From the IMG/VR virus record IMGVR_UViG_3300014913_000011, positions 8,414 through 72,413 of that record: 64,000 nt of DNA. One strand, 5' to 3'. Origin of the DNA: a virus. The notes under the pieces are model-generated. The model saw nothing but the letters and a program-made list of their open reading frames with translations. It had not been told where the DNA came from and made no database searches. Of the stretch, positions 1-10,279 are shown piece by piece; positions within the stretch are counted from its first letter, which is position 1; each line of letters opens with the position of its first letter. Made by a program: the position numbers and the translations under genes.

Positions 1-3000
1 CACCTAAGTTTTGCATACCACCTAGTATATTCTTCTTAATTCCTTGAATTAATCCTTGAGCTTCTTGTGCATTTGCCTGTGCATTAAACAAGTTCGGTGC
101 AGCTATCTGTGCTCTCTCACCTGCTCCCAACTGTTCTAATGTTTTACCTATTTTCAACTGTCTTGCTTGAGAACCTTCTAAACCTGAAAATAGTTTTGCT
201 TCTCTAGGACTAATAGGTGCTCTTTCTTTTGCCTGCCTATCAAATCTCCCTTTTAATAGTTTCTGAGATGCTGATTCAAAAGATTTAACTGCTGAACCGA
301 ACATTTCAGCTGCCTTGGCAATTAAACCTACTGCCTCTATTTGTCTAGATGCTTCCTTTTTACCGACATCTCTACCTCTATCTACTATCTCTACTGAATC
401 TTTAGATGTATCAAGGATTTCTTTTCTAAGCCTTACTCTCTCTGATTCTGCTGTCGTTAAAAACTGCCTTAAACCTTTATTAAATTTAGGTGTTCCATCC
501 CTTCCACCGTCTCCAGTTCTCTTTAAGAACGTTCCTGCTAATTGATCTGAAAAATCTAACAGAGAGTTTGCTCCTGATTTAAAGTCTTTACCTAGTATTG
601 CCTGTCCTGCTCCAAAACCTGTAGTTGCTAAGTTATTAAAACTGCTAAATAGTTTTTCTGCAGCTGAGGCTACTTTTGTTAGGCTTACTTTAGTTCCTAC
701 CAACTGTTTTTCTAATTCATCGAGTGAGATTGTCTTTACAGATGCTAGTCTCTCTTTTTCTGACTTTGCAGTAGTATCTCGTGATATAAAAGTTCTATCA
801 TCCCCTTCTCCCTGTATTCTTCCTTCTACTCCTTTAAACCTAATAATATCATTTACTGAGAGTTTATCTTTAAGGTTTCCAAAAGTATCTTCTAGTGAGT
901 CTCTTCCTTCTAAATCTCTAGCTATATCATTAAGTCCTGCTGCATAACTTATTACTCCCTTTGCCTGAAGCTCTCCACGTTGTTTCTTTCCTACAAGACC
1001 TTCACCTGCTATTGCTTTACTTGCTGCATCAGCTATATCTTGGTTCTCTGATATTAAATCCTTAGCTAATAGAACACCTAATTGACTTCTACTACTTCCT
1101 CCACCACTTCCACCTAGTTTAAAGGACTTCTGAACATACTCGTTCACTATTGCATCAAATCCACCTTTAGTACCTAATCCACCTATGGCTGCGTTCGCTT
1201 GACTTGAAAAGGCAGTTCTCTGAAGCTTAGATCTCTTTTCATCATCTAATAGGTTAGTTCTATCAAAAGCATCTAAGTCATTAAGTGTGCCCTTTCTATC
1301 AACTTGACCTGTAAAAAATCCTTTAGCACTTAATTTTCTTGTAGTATCATTGAGTAGTTTTAATTCATCTGATGAATCTATCTTCTCTGAAAACTTATCA
1401 AATTGCTTACCTAACACAGCTGTAGTTGTTCTGAGTCTAGTCTGTTTAGCGAGAGTTGTTGCTACTTTATTAATAGCTTCCATACCTTCTTCAGACTCTG
1501 CAGCTTCTGTTGAAATTTCTACACCTTCGAAGGTTACCTTATTACGATCTGATATTTTTAATCCATCAATTTTTAAGCCTTCTTTTCCACTTACTGTTTT
1601 TATTATTGAGGATCTAAAATCCTTTACTGCTTCTTTACGTTGTTTTGACAGATCTTCTTCGGTTATTGAGATGTCTCCAGCTTCTTTGGCCTTCCTCTGC
1701 CTTTCTAAACTATCTTTGCCTGTAAATCTATCTTTAATTAAGGCTCCCCTCTCATCTATAGTTTTAATTTTATCTCTAAACTCACCTATAGATGAAGTTA
1801 AGTCTTTTGAACTTTTAATTTCTGCATTTACTCCAGTTCTTTGGGATCTTTCTTCGGATGTTTCTGTTAATCTTCCAAGTATTTTACTTAATGCTGCAAA
1901 TCCTAGAGTTATTACTGCTAAAGGAGCTATAAATCTTGATAGTATTAATCCAGCTCCTGTTAGGAATTTCATAAATGGACCACCCTTAGCAGCTACACCA
2001 GTAAAGAATTTAGTAAGCTTATCAGCACCTACTAACTTTCCTGCCCCACTAAATAATTTGGAAACTACTCCAGTGGCTGCTGCTCCGGCTGCTCCTGCTG
2101 CTCCTGCTATACCTCCACCTGCTGCTGCTCCACCTGCTGCTCCACCTGCTGCTGCTCCACCTCCTAGGACTTTACTACCTAAATATGTTGCTAATAATGC
2201 ACTACCAGTACCAGTTAAAGCAGTTCCAGCTGTTTCACCTACTGTAACATCTAATACAGGTATTTTAAATTCTCCTATTTCAGTAAGTACTGATGCAAAC
2301 TTTTCTGCTAATCTTAAAGCTGTAGTTAATGGTTTTACTAAACCTGCTCCCACTGAAAGTGCTAATCCTTGAAAAGCTGTTGAAGTTTTAGATGCTTGCT
2401 TAGAAAGACTTTGCATTATTTTTGCATTTCTCTCTTGTGCAGTTCCTTGTGCGTCTTGAGACTGTGCAGCTACAACGCTAACCTTACTATAGTTCTTCAT
2501 TAATGCTAAGAATTCACTTACAAATCTAGTACCAGCCGTTGATACCGCTACATTTCTTTGTTGTCTTTTTGTAAGTGTTGGGAAAACTTTAGCTAAGTCA
2601 GCTAAAATCTCTGGGGCATCTTTTAAATCTCCCCCTACACCTGCTATATCTACACCTACAGACTTTAAGGTAGGGGCTGCTGTACTAAAGATATTTTTAG
2701 TTAAGAATCTTATTGTCCTAGATATACGGGATCCACCTGCTCTAGTACTCTCTTGTATTACAGTAGTCATTGCATTTAACTGATCAAAACTTATTCCAGC
2801 ATTCTCGGCTGCTGCACCTACTCTTTTAACTACTTCAGATAGGTCTCCGGCTGTTACAGCATTTTGAGACTCAACAGCTACGAATGAATCTATTAATCTT
2901 TCTGCACTATTATTTACATCTTTTCCATAAACTTTTAAACCTGCAGTAATAGTCTCTGCAGCTCCTTCAGCATTTAACGTACTAACGTTTGTTGCTAGAG

Positions 3001-3799
3001 ATACTATTCTACCACGTTCTTTAACTTGTTCAGCTGGTAAACCTTGTTGTGCGAATACTCTGTAACCTCTTAGAACTTCTCCTACACTATTACCAAATTC
3101 TTTTCCAGTACTTATTGCTGATTTCTTAAGGCTGTCTAACATGCTAGTGCTAGTTGCTAAAACTTTATTTAACTCTGCTAATTCTTTATCAACTTCCACT
3201 ATAGTGTCAAATCCTGATCTTAATCCCTCGAAGGTACCCATTACAACTCTTGATGCTACTGCATATTCAGCTACTGATTTTATCCTAGTTCCAAAACCAC
3301 CTGCTCTATCTCCACCTGCTGTAGATCCAATGAATCCACCTCTTCCACCACCTGGGGGTGTTCCTCCACCTGCTCCTCCAGAACCTCCTCCAGTGGTTGC
3401 AGTTTTTATTTGAGCTACGGACTTAGGAACACTTTTTAGTGCATCATTAGCCCTTCTAGTTGACTTACTTAACCCTATTAACTCTCTTGAATGCTTCTGG
3501 TTTATCTTAGATAGAGCTTCGGTATTTTTTGCTAGGGTGCCAAGCATCGAATTTGCTTTTCTAGTGTCTATGAAACCTGCCCCAGTTCCTCCCTTACTTC
3601 CAACTGCCGGACTAGAACCTGCTTGATGACTTGACTTGATCTTTGATACCTTACTACCTGCTCCTGCTAAGTTAGTTTGCAAGGCTCCTAAAGAAGTGGC
3701 TATCTTTTTGATTGACATCTCAAGTCTTTGTAATTTAGCTATAGCTGCAGTATCCATTACGTCAAGCTTAATTGAGAGAGTCTTCGAGTTTCCTGGCAT
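1..3799 (-). CDS. Tail tape measure protein (TP901-type core), truncated by the left window edge, >1260 aa
   Basis: Not in the ORF track. ATG at 3799 directly follows the TAG of the upstream ORF. Translation MPGNSKTLSIKLDV...ELNKVLATS...SFVAVESQNAVTAGDLSEVVKRVGAAAENAGISFDQLNAMTTVIQESTRAGG...QGTAQERNAKIMQSL has typical TMP motifs and Ala/Gly-rich helices; it follows the tail tube and chaperone genes. Confidence 0.92.
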   Translation of the reverse strand, partial: MPGNSKTLSIKLDVMDTAAIAKLQRLEMSIKKIATSLGALQTNLAGAGSKVSKIKSSHQAGSSPAVGSKGGTGAGFIDTRKANSMLGTLAKNTEALSKINQKHSRELIGLSKSTRRANDALKSVPKSVAQIKTATTGGGSGGAGGGTPPGGGRGGFIGSTAGGDRAGGFGTRIKSVAEYAVASRVVMGTFEGLRSGFDTIVEVDKELAELNKVLATSTSMLDSLKKSAISTGKEFGNSVGEVLRGYRVFAQQGLPAEQVKERGRIVSLATNVSTLNAEGAAETITAGLKVYGKDVNNSAERLIDSFVAVESQNAVTAGDLSEVVKRVGAAAENAGISFDQLNAMTTVIQESTRAGGSRISRTIRFLTKNIFSTAAPTLKSVGVDIAGVGGDLKDAPEILADLAKVFPTLTKRQQRNVAVSTAGTRFVSEFLALMKNYSKVSVVAAQSQDAQGTAQERNAKIMQSLSKQASKTSTAFQGLALSVGAGLVKPLTTALRLAEKFASVLTEIGEFKIPVLDVTVGETAGTALTGTGSALLATYLGSKVLGGGAAAGGAAGGAAAGGGIAGAAGAAGAAATGVVSKLFSGAGKLVGADKLTKFFTGVAAKGGPFMKFLTGAGLILSRFIAPLAVITLGFAALSKILGRLTETSEERSQRTGVNAEIKSSKDLTSSIGEFRDKIKTIDERGALIKDRFTGKDSLERQRKAKEAGDISITEEDLSKQRKEAVKDFRSSIIKTVSGKEGLKIDGLKISDRNKVTFEGVEISTEAAESEEGMEAINKVATTLAKQTRLRTTTAVLGKQFDKFSEKIDSSDELKLLNDTTRKLSAKGFFTGQVDRKGTLNDLDAFDRTNLLDDEKRSKLQRTAFSSQANAAIGGLGTKGGFDAIVNEYVQKSFKLGGSGGGSSRSQLGVLLAKDLISENQDIADAASKAIAGEGLVGKKQRGELQAKGVISYAAGLNDIARDLEGRDSLEDTFGNLKDKLSVNDIIRFKGVEGRIQGEGDDRTFISRDTTAKSEKERLASVKTISLDELEKQLVGTKVSLTKVASAAEKLFSSFNNLATTGFGAGQAILGKDFKSGANSLLDFSDQLAGTFLKRTGDGGRDGTPKFNKGLRQFLTTAESERVRLRKEILDTSKDSVEIVDRGRDVGKKEASRQIEAVGLIAKAAEMFGSAVKSFESASQKLLKGRFDRQAKERAPISPREAKLFSGLEGSQARQLKIGKTLEQLGAGERAQIAAPNLFNAQANAQEAQGLIQGIKKNILGGMQNLG
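2075..2165 (-). repeat. Low-complexity GCT/GCA-rich tandem repeat encoding GGGAAAGGAAGGAAAGGGIAGAAGAAGAAA inside the TMP
   Basis: Repeated ccacctgctgct / gctcctgct units at about 2075-2165. Confidence 0.8.
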
Positions 3800-4927
3800 C
3801 TATCTTTTGTTCCTGTTCTTTCTTCTACTTCGATTTCTATTTCTAATTTCTCTTGCTTCTTTTATCTCACTGTATTGACTTGAATCTGAGTCGTTAGCTA
3901 TTCTACCTTTAATGATTTCTGGATCACTGTATACGTCATTCTTATGAAAAGATACATATTGATTCGACTCTGCAGTTACTACAACTTGATCCTTGTCCAA
4001 TGCACTGGAGCTGAGATTTCCTCTAGATCTATTTTCTTTCTTTCTAGATACTTCTGCTTCTGCAGACATTCTTCTAGTATACTCTTCCATAAACTGGTCT
4101 AGTTTAGTATCATTTTCTATTACCTCATCAGAAGGTCTATCACTAGTTAACATCTCTGATATATTATTATAATACATTGTCCAAGACATTAGTTGTAGTA
4201 ATAACATTGATACATCTTTTGCACTCACCTCTGTTAGATTAAATATTCCACTCTTTGCAGATAAATAAATTACCCTCCAATGACCGCTTCTTGCTATTTT
4301 TCTAACAATCTCGGTACTATATCCCCAATAAAAATCTAAAAATGCATTTAATAACTTATATACAAATTCAGCTGTGTTCTTCTCCAGAAGGTTATTATAA
4401 TCTTCCCAGACTAATTTATTATCTAATGAATAAGTACATTGACTTAATAAGTACATATACTTTTCCTCTCTAGATTTGTACTCTGCAGAGTATTGGCTAG
4501 TACTTCCCTTTTTAATAAGTAATGACTCTTTTTCACTTTTTAAATTCTCGATCCCCTCTAAGTCCCTAATATAAATATCAGTTCCTTTTATTCTTTTCTT
4601 TAATACTAAGCTCAATCCCTCAATTTTTTTCTCCACTTCCTGAAGCCTTTCAGCCTCTTCTATAGAAAAAACTTCCTCAGCTAATTCTTCAGGAAGATTA
4701 TCTTCAGATAAATACCCTTCTTCTAAAGCAATTTCAATTAGTTGGTTCTCAAGAAAAATGGAGCGTTGTCTTAGCTTATTTAAAGGATACTTAAATATAT
4801 AAGTATTATTATCAACTGAGACTACCCTCTCTCCAGACAATATCTCTCCAATAATTGTCTGCATCTTCTCCTCATCCAGCTCATCCAGCTCATCTAAACT
4901 GTTTAAATCTGTATCCACATATTCCAC
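3800..4927 (-). CDS. Tail assembly chaperone-like protein (pre-TMP)
   Basis: Lies between tail tube and TMP; GTG start with AAGGA SD; similar to 4934..5725. Confidence 0.6.
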   Translation of the reverse strand: MEYVDTDLNSLDELDELDEEKMQTIIGEILSGERVVSVDNNTYIFKYPLNKLRQRSIFLENQLIEIALEEGYLSEDNLPEELAEEVFSIEEAERLQEVEKKIEGLSLVLKKRIKGTDIYIRDLEGIENLKSEKESLLIKKGSTSQYSAEYKSREEKYMYLLSQCTYSLDNKLVWEDYNNLLEKNTAEFVYKLLNAFLDFYWGYSTEIVRKIARSGHWRVIYLSAKSGIFNLTEVSAKDVSMLLLQLMSWTMYYNNISEMLTSDRPSDEVIENDTKLDQFMEEYTRRMSAEAEVSRKKENRSRGNLSSSALDKDQVVVTAESNQYVSFHKNDVYSDPEIIKGRIANDSDSSQYSEIKEAREIRNRNRSRRKNRNKR

Positions 4928-4933
4928 AGTTGT

Positions 4934-5725
4934 TTATTCCTTAACAACTATTTTCTTCTTTGCTGCTGCTGCTTTCTTCTTTGCTGCAGGTTTCTTCTTA
5001 GTTGTGGTTTTTTTCTTAGTAGAAGCCTTCCTAGTCACTTTCTTAATTACCTTTTTTTCTTTCTTAGCTTCTTCATTCTTTTTTAACTCTTTAGCCTTCT
5101 CTTCTGCTACAGCCCTTAGCTCCTTTGCTTTCAAAATAGCCTTAGCTTCAGGTAATTCCTCCTGCCAAGTAGGGTCTAAATTATATTCCCAACAAATAAG
5201 CTGGTACTTACAGTGGTCAAAAAACTCATATGTATTAGTTTCTAGGAAGTCCTCATAACTTTCTGCTAGTCTATTACCTTTGGTGTCTCTAATCATTGCA
5301 TATGCAAGGTAAGAATTTCTCTCCTCTTCTGCCATCTCATCACAAGTACTAGAAAATAGTGTCCGCATCATCTGTTCTTGATCTACTAGGTGTGCTCTAT
5401 AAAGAGTAACTATATTAGATAAGCTTTCTAGGATATCTGGATCTTCAGTTATCTCTATTTCCTTCTCGGTTTCATTTATCTCATCTACAACAGATTGTCT
5501 GCCTTCATTGAAATCTTTAAAAAATTCTGGATTATCTGCTTCAAGTTCTTTCTGCATTCTACTTCTAGTAAAGATTCCATCCTTTAATCCCTGAGTAAAT
5601 GCTTTATTATGTTTGAATTTTGCTTCTCTAACAGCTGCTGCTGAGGGTTCTATAAGAGTGTACTCCTCTTCTCCAAACTTAAATTTACAAATTTCTTTTA
5701 ATTTGCTAGTAGTTACCTTTTCCAT
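4934..5725 (-). CDS. Tail assembly chaperone-like protein with a Lys/Ala-rich, histone H1-like C-terminal tail
   Basis: Synteny; C-terminus KKVTRKASTKKKTTTKKKPAAKKKAAAAKKK. Confidence 0.6.
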   Translation of the reverse strand: MEKVTTSKLKEICKFKFGEEEYTLIEPSAAAVREAKFKHNKAFTQGLKDGIFTRSRMQKELEADNPEFFKDFNEGRQSVVDEINETEKEIEITEDPDILESLSNIVTLYRAHLVDQEQMMRTLFSSTCDEMAEEERNSYLAYAMIRDTKGNRLAESYEDFLETNTYEFFDHCKYQLICWEYNLDPTWQEELPEAKAILKAKELRAVAEEKAKELKKNEEAKKEKKVIKKVTRKASTKKKTTTKKKPAAKKKAAAAKKKIVVKE

Positions 5726-6023
5726 TTTTTCCTCTTCCTTTTCCTTTCCTTTTATAATCTATGTTATTAAGTCCTTTAGTACCTATTATAACTACATCCT
5801 CACACTCAGTTGAGGGTGTATATTCTATATCATAATTTAAGTCTAAGTCTAATTCCATACTCCTTCGGATATCATTAGTGACACCCAGCACCTTTCTTCT
5901 AAATTGTTGATATTGATCTTTATTAGAAATAACAAGTTCAGCATAATCTAAAACTTGTTTTTGAATTGATTTAATCTCTTGTTTGAGTTTGGTCTTTAAT
6001 TTTTCCTTTCCTTTGTCAGTCAA
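5706..6023 (-). CDS. Hypothetical protein (tail region)
   Basis: TTG start preceded by a GGAGGGG SD. Confidence 0.65.
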   Translation of the reverse strand: MTDKGKEKLKTKLKQEIKSIQKQVLDYAELVISNKDQYQQFRRKVLGVTNDIRRSMELDLDLNYDIEYTPSTECEDVVIIGTKGLNNIDYKRKGKGRGKNGKGNY

Positions 6024-6044
6024 ACTGATCCCCTCCAGTGTATC

Positions 6045-6076
6045 AAAGTAGGAGCCTCCATAAGAAAGACTCCTAC
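6045..6076 (-). terminator. Intrinsic terminator-like hairpin after the tail tube gene
   Basis: Minus strand GTAGGAGTC...GGCTCCTAC followed by TTT. Confidence 0.6.
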
Positions 6077-6087
6077 CAGATAACTAT

Positions 6088-8355
6088 TTATTCACCTTGT
6101 GATTCAATTACTTTAACTACGTAATCAACATCAATAAAGCCTCTTACCACTGCTAGAGAATTGGTTCCTCTGTAAGAGAAACTTTGAGTTGCATTATCTC
6201 CTTGAGCTAAGCTATACTCCTCATCAGTAGGTCTAAGGTCTTGAAGTACAACAGTCTTTAACGGATATTCTCTAAGAGAGCCATCTGTTGCTGAGTATAC
6301 TTCTCTAACGCCATCTACATAGTATTCGTCACCGAACATATCAGGTGCGAGAACTCTACGGTTACGTCCATTCCCACCAGCTTCTTTATCAGTCTGCTGG
6401 TAGATTTGGGCTACTAGAACCATGTTGTCTTTTGCAAGAAGGTCAGCTAAATCCAAGTCTGTCAATGTTCCAGCCTTGTACTTATTTTCCTTGCCAGCAA
6501 ATTTGGCAAATAATTCTAAATCACCTGCTGTAGTTTCCATAGCCACTGTAAACTCAATTGGTAGAGTTAACGGTCTTGCATATGGATCTAAGTGACCAAG
6601 TTCTTTCAGAGCCTCTCTGGAGAGATCTGCTGAAATATCTACTGATTGAAGTCTCAGTGACAATTCATAATCACCAATTCTCATAGTAGAATTTACGGTA
6701 GGTTCTGCACTAACTAATACTTGACCACCATCGTCTGCTACATCTGATAAGGGAGCTGCTAGAGTAATTTCACTTCCAACAACTGCTGCAATAGTAGAGG
6801 ATTCAAGACTTCCACTTACTGCTACTTCTATATCAGAACCAACATATTCTGCAGTTACTGAACATGCATCTGCAACAAATACTCCTGAAGCAGTAGATAC
6901 TTGATCTAAGTCCTCAGATAATGAAATAGATGCCCAATCAGCTCCTCCTAAGGTTAGTGTTCCATTGTTATAATCACCTGCCAGTACGTTACTAGCTGCT
7001 ACGATTTCACGAGCTGGACCACCTACACCTGGACCTGCAGTTATTACAACTGGTAATCCTATGAAGTTAGTTAGGTCAATACTGTTAGCTACAGTATCAT
7101 TAAATGTAATTTCGTCTGCTAAGATTGTTGCACCAGTTAAGGCTGCTGAGAGGATTAAATCTGGATCTACCAAATAAATCTCTACTTGACCTTGACGTGT
7201 TCCACCAATATCTTCAACATCCTCTGTTCCGATAGGAGCAAAGTATTTAGCATTTACATATGTTGCTTCTTTAGCACTCTCATCTGCGAAAGCATCAGCA
7301 GCATATACCACACTAATTTTATCTCCAGTCTCAAAGCTTGCTCTTCCTGCAGGAAGTACTTCATCCAATGAATCAGCTAAACCATTAGCAAAAAATTGCA
7401 GTTCGTTGGTTATACTGTCATAAATGAAGTATTCTACTACATTACTAGGAATACAAGCGACACTATTGAATACGGGAACTAGTTTTACTTCTGGTTGAGT
7501 TAATCCACCAAGTCTAGCAAATCTGAAGTGAACAGCTGGTTGACCAGTCTCGTCTCTTTTCATAAATGCTAAAGAAGTATCTTCTAAAGTTGCCACAGTA
7601 TTAGCAGTATCTAGAGCTAATGTTAGCTCAGTTTTTGCATTCATTGTTACTGCAGAAAATTGATCAGCAAGATCACCTACAAGCCACTCTTCCCAAGAAA
7701 CAAATCTAGCAGAGTTTAGTAACCAAGTCTTAGTCTCAGTTTCTCCACCATAATTTTCAGAAGAAGTATCGTCTGAACTATAACTTAAGTCCATTGAATT
7801 AACGAATACATCACTCAAATATTTTGTAAAGTCAACATCGGCGTTAGCTGTTCCTAGAGAACACTCGCCTTGTATTGGGCTATAAATTTCTAACCCACCT
7901 GGTACACACTCTTTACCAAAATCTGGCAGATATACACCATGAAAATACCTTAAAGCATTTCCACCTGATACATCTCTAACTACTACGTTAGCAGATCCTG
8001 TAGAACCGGATGTTTGTGGTCCTGCACCAATATCTCCAGTGCTAGTATCTTCACCATTAACTTCACCAGTAAATGTTAGACCATCTATTTGTCTAATATT
8101 ATCGTTTAAGTTATGTGTTGGTACTTTTGCAAGCGTGGCCATTGTATAGATTGAACCGTAGTCCATTCCCTCCAAAGTTACAGTTACTTCAGGAGCATCA
8201 TCAACAACATCAGTTAAGTTTAACTGACCTATTTGAAACATATCAGTTGTATTGAAAGTAGTTGAACTTCCAAACGTTTGAATTCTGTAAAGGATGCGTC
8301 CTTCTGCAAAAACTGACTGAGAAGCATAAATTATCCTATTCCTTCTATTAGCCAT
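6088..8355 (-). CDS. Major tail (tube) protein with two tube-like domains and inserted beta-rich domains
   Basis: Strong AAAGGAG SD and own terminator. N-terminal RIQTFGSSTTFNTTDMFQIGQ resembles C-terminal RLQSVDISADLSREALKELGH. Lies upstream of chaperones and TMP. Confidence 0.75.
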   Translation of the reverse strand: MANRRNRIIYASQSVFAEGRILYRIQTFGSSTTFNTTDMFQIGQLNLTDVVDDAPEVTVTLEGMDYGSIYTMATLAKVPTHNLNDNIRQIDGLTFTGEVNGEDTSTGDIGAGPQTSGSTGSANVVVRDVSGGNALRYFHGVYLPDFGKECVPGGLEIYSPIQGECSLGTANADVDFTKYLSDVFVNSMDLSYSSDDTSSENYGGETETKTWLLNSARFVSWEEWLVGDLADQFSAVTMNAKTELTLALDTANTVATLEDTSLAFMKRDETGQPAVHFRFARLGGLTQPEVKLVPVFNSVACIPSNVVEYFIYDSITNELQFFANGLADSLDEVLPAGRASFETGDKISVVYAADAFADESAKEATYVNAKYFAPIGTEDVEDIGGTRQGQVEIYLVDPDLILSAALTGATILADEITFNDTVANSIDLTNFIGLPVVITAGPGVGGPAREIVAASNVLAGDYNNGTLTLGGADWASISLSEDLDQVSTASGVFVADACSVTAEYVGSDIEVAVSGSLESSTIAAVVGSEITLAAPLSDVADDGGQVLVSAEPTVNSTMRIGDYELSLRLQSVDISADLSREALKELGHLDPYARPLTLPIEFTVAMETTAGDLELFAKFAGKENKYKAGTLTDLDLADLLAKDNMVLVAQIYQQTDKEAGGNGRNRRVLAPDMFGDEYYVDGVREVYSATDGSLREYPLKTVVLQDLRPTDEEYSLAQGDNATQSFSYRGTNSLAVVRGFIDVDYVVKVIESQGE

Positions 8356-8394
8356 TTAGTTAATTTCTCCTTTTTATCATACTAGTATGCGTAT

Positions 8395-9459
8395 CTAAGA
8401 CGAGTAATTCTTTAATACTAGAGAATCAAATCCACCTGGAGGTGGCTTGAGTCCACTGAATTTACCTACTAGATCTGGATCCCGATCACTGTAAGTTCTA
8501 GTCTTAAACACAATTTTCCCCATGTGCCTTGTAATGTCAGATCGAGAAGATCTGGCAAACGCATCATGTTGGACCTCTATATTGACAAAGTACAAACTTT
8601 GGCCATTACCTGGGTTCAAAGTCAAATAACTTCGATAGGTCTGACCATCATAAGCTATGTCTTGTATAAAGTCTTCATTCACTACTCCCCACTGTTTTAG
8701 TGGTTCACCTATGCGATTGAAGTCTATTACCGGAGCACTTCTATTATATAAAGCATTCTTTAATAAATTCAGTATATTACGCTTTTCGGCGTTGTTGGAA
8801 GCAAATATATCTATTGCGTATTTATTGTGGTATTCTGCTCCAGGTCCTATCTGTAGTCCTTCAGTATTTTCGTTCATTGGATATATACATACAATTGGTA
8901 AGGTTGATGGATCACTGTCTGTAGGATATCCATCATATAAGGAGACCATGTGAAATCTATGATCTATACTTGTTGGTATTTTAGTTAAGGCTACTCCACT
9001 TGGAGTAGTATTAGATGGCCACCTTATTCTACAGTCTTTATAGTCCACTCTATAATAATCTCTTGGAATAACATCATCATTTTGGTCTCTTACTATAATT
9101 AAAGAACTTTCTCTTTCAGTTGGAATTGAGTATGGTGTGTTATAGAACTCTGTTCCATAAGTTGAAACAAATCCACTAGTAGTTTTATCATAAATTTCGC
9201 ATGGATTTATATCTGACAGTTCAAAGCTTAGCCATCCACGGCCCTTAGTGGACTGTAAATCGCCGTAGGCGCTATCTTCTGAATTTATCAGGTAAACCCT
9301 GGCTGCTGCATTTCCGTCCACTCCTGGACGTATATCACGCTTTAATGTATCATTCTGAACCTCGACTGAGAATTCGTGTGCTAGTACACCTTCTTTTAAG
9401 TAATGAAATATTGATTGAAATTCAAGTTCTGATCTCTCTAACATAGAGAGTTGTACCAC
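8395..9459 (-). CDS. Putative tail terminator/completion protein
   Basis: Immediately upstream of the tube gene; LPIVCIYP...YAIDIFASNNAEKRNILNLLKNAL resembles tail-terminator folds. Confidence 0.5.
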   Translation of the reverse strand: MVQLSMLERSELEFQSIFHYLKEGVLAHEFSVEVQNDTLKRDIRPGVDGNAAARVYLINSEDSAYGDLQSTKGRGWLSFELSDINPCEIYDKTTSGFVSTYGTEFYNTPYSIPTERESSLIIVRDQNDDVIPRDYYRVDYKDCRIRWPSNTTPSGVALTKIPTSIDHRFHMVSLYDGYPTDSDPSTLPIVCIYPMNENTEGLQIGPGAEYHNKYAIDIFASNNAEKRNILNLLKNALYNRSAPVIDFNRIGEPLKQWGVVNEDFIQDIAYDGQTYRSYLTLNPGNGQSLYFVNIEVQHDAFARSSRSDITRHMGKIVFKTRTYSDRDPDLVGKFSGLKPPPGGFDSLVLKNYSS

Positions 9460-9474
9460 CTTATGGTCTTATTT

Positions 9475-9846
9475 TTATAATAATGCTGGTAAAAATTTAA
9501 TAAGTGCAAGTACAACACTCCCTGTAACAGCATACCAAGTGATCCTTTTGAGTCCCTTGTTTTTTTCCTTATACTTTATTACGTCCTGCCTAGCTGTAAT
9601 TACTTCTTTAGTTAAGTTATTGATTTTCTTATCTTTATGTTCAATCTCATCATATAAATCTTTCACTAATTTCTCACAATTACTTAATAAATCAAGATCT
9701 CTCTCTGAAGCATCAAGTAATGTTATAATATCAACAGCATCACTACCACTAACACATACAACATCTTCAGCATATACCCTACAAGGTACAAAAAGCAGTA
9801 ACAAAAATACTACACTTAATATAAAGTACTGTTTTAACATATTCAT
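9475..9846 (-). CDS. Signal peptide + coiled coil + C-terminal TM protein (spanin-like?)
   Basis: Hydrophobic N-terminus ending VYA-E, heptad-rich middle, C-terminal TM ITWYAVTGSVVLALIKFL. Confidence 0.5.
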   Translation of the reverse strand: MNMLKQYFILSVVFLLLLFVPCRVYAEDVVCVSGSDAVDIITLLDASERDLDLLSNCEKLVKDLYDEIEHKDKKINNLTKEVITARQDVIKYKEKNKGLKRITWYAVTGSVVLALIKFLPALL

Positions 9847-10274
9847 TTAATGGACCTCTTCCGCATCAATCTCTTTTTATATCCTAGTAATAAATTTCTC
9901 TTTTGTTCCAGAGATAGGTTGGAAAGTTTGCTTCTAAGTTCCCTATTCAGCCTTTCAGCATCTTCCTTATTTGACTGTAACTTATTCAATTTTCTCTGTA
10001 ATTCTAAAGTTCTTGTTTGTTCCATTACTAAGTCGTCTTGTAATTCTACTATCCTAGCCTTATCTACTTGCTCTCTTAAACTATCTATTTGCAACTTATA
10101 GTAATAACCACTGAACATTATTACAAAAAATAGAAATACAGATACTTTATTTGTAAACATCCACTTTAATATAAGTCCAGTAGCTGTAGAATTTTCAATG
10201 TTAACAATATTTTGCGCTCGTTTCTTCTCTGCAAACTCTCCTAGTTTCTTAGTCGTATTTTCTAGTTTATTCAT
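9843..10274 (-). CDS. Single-TM coiled-coil protein (i-spanin-like)
   Basis: TM VSVFLFFVIMFSGYYY followed by a long coiled coil. Confidence 0.5.
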   Translation of the reverse strand: MNKLENTTKKLGEFAEKKRAQNIVNIENSTATGLILKWMFTNKVSVFLFFVIMFSGYYYKLQIDSLREQVDKARIVELQDDLVMEQTRTLELQRKLNKLQSNKEDAERLNRELRSKLSNLSLEQKRNLLLGYKKRLMRKRSIK

Positions 10275-10279
10275 AATTA

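Noticed and set aside
315-3878. Plus-strand ORFs 315..545, 1350..2372, 3141..3413 and 3636..3878
   Set aside because: Antisense shadows of the tape measure gene; their Pro/Ala/Ser runs mirror its Gly/Ala codons and they lack SDs.
5000-5065. A AAA AAG and other A-run slippery sites in the first tail chaperone, as a G/GT frameshift
   Set aside because: The -1 frame stops within a few codons, and the downstream ORF is in frame 0.
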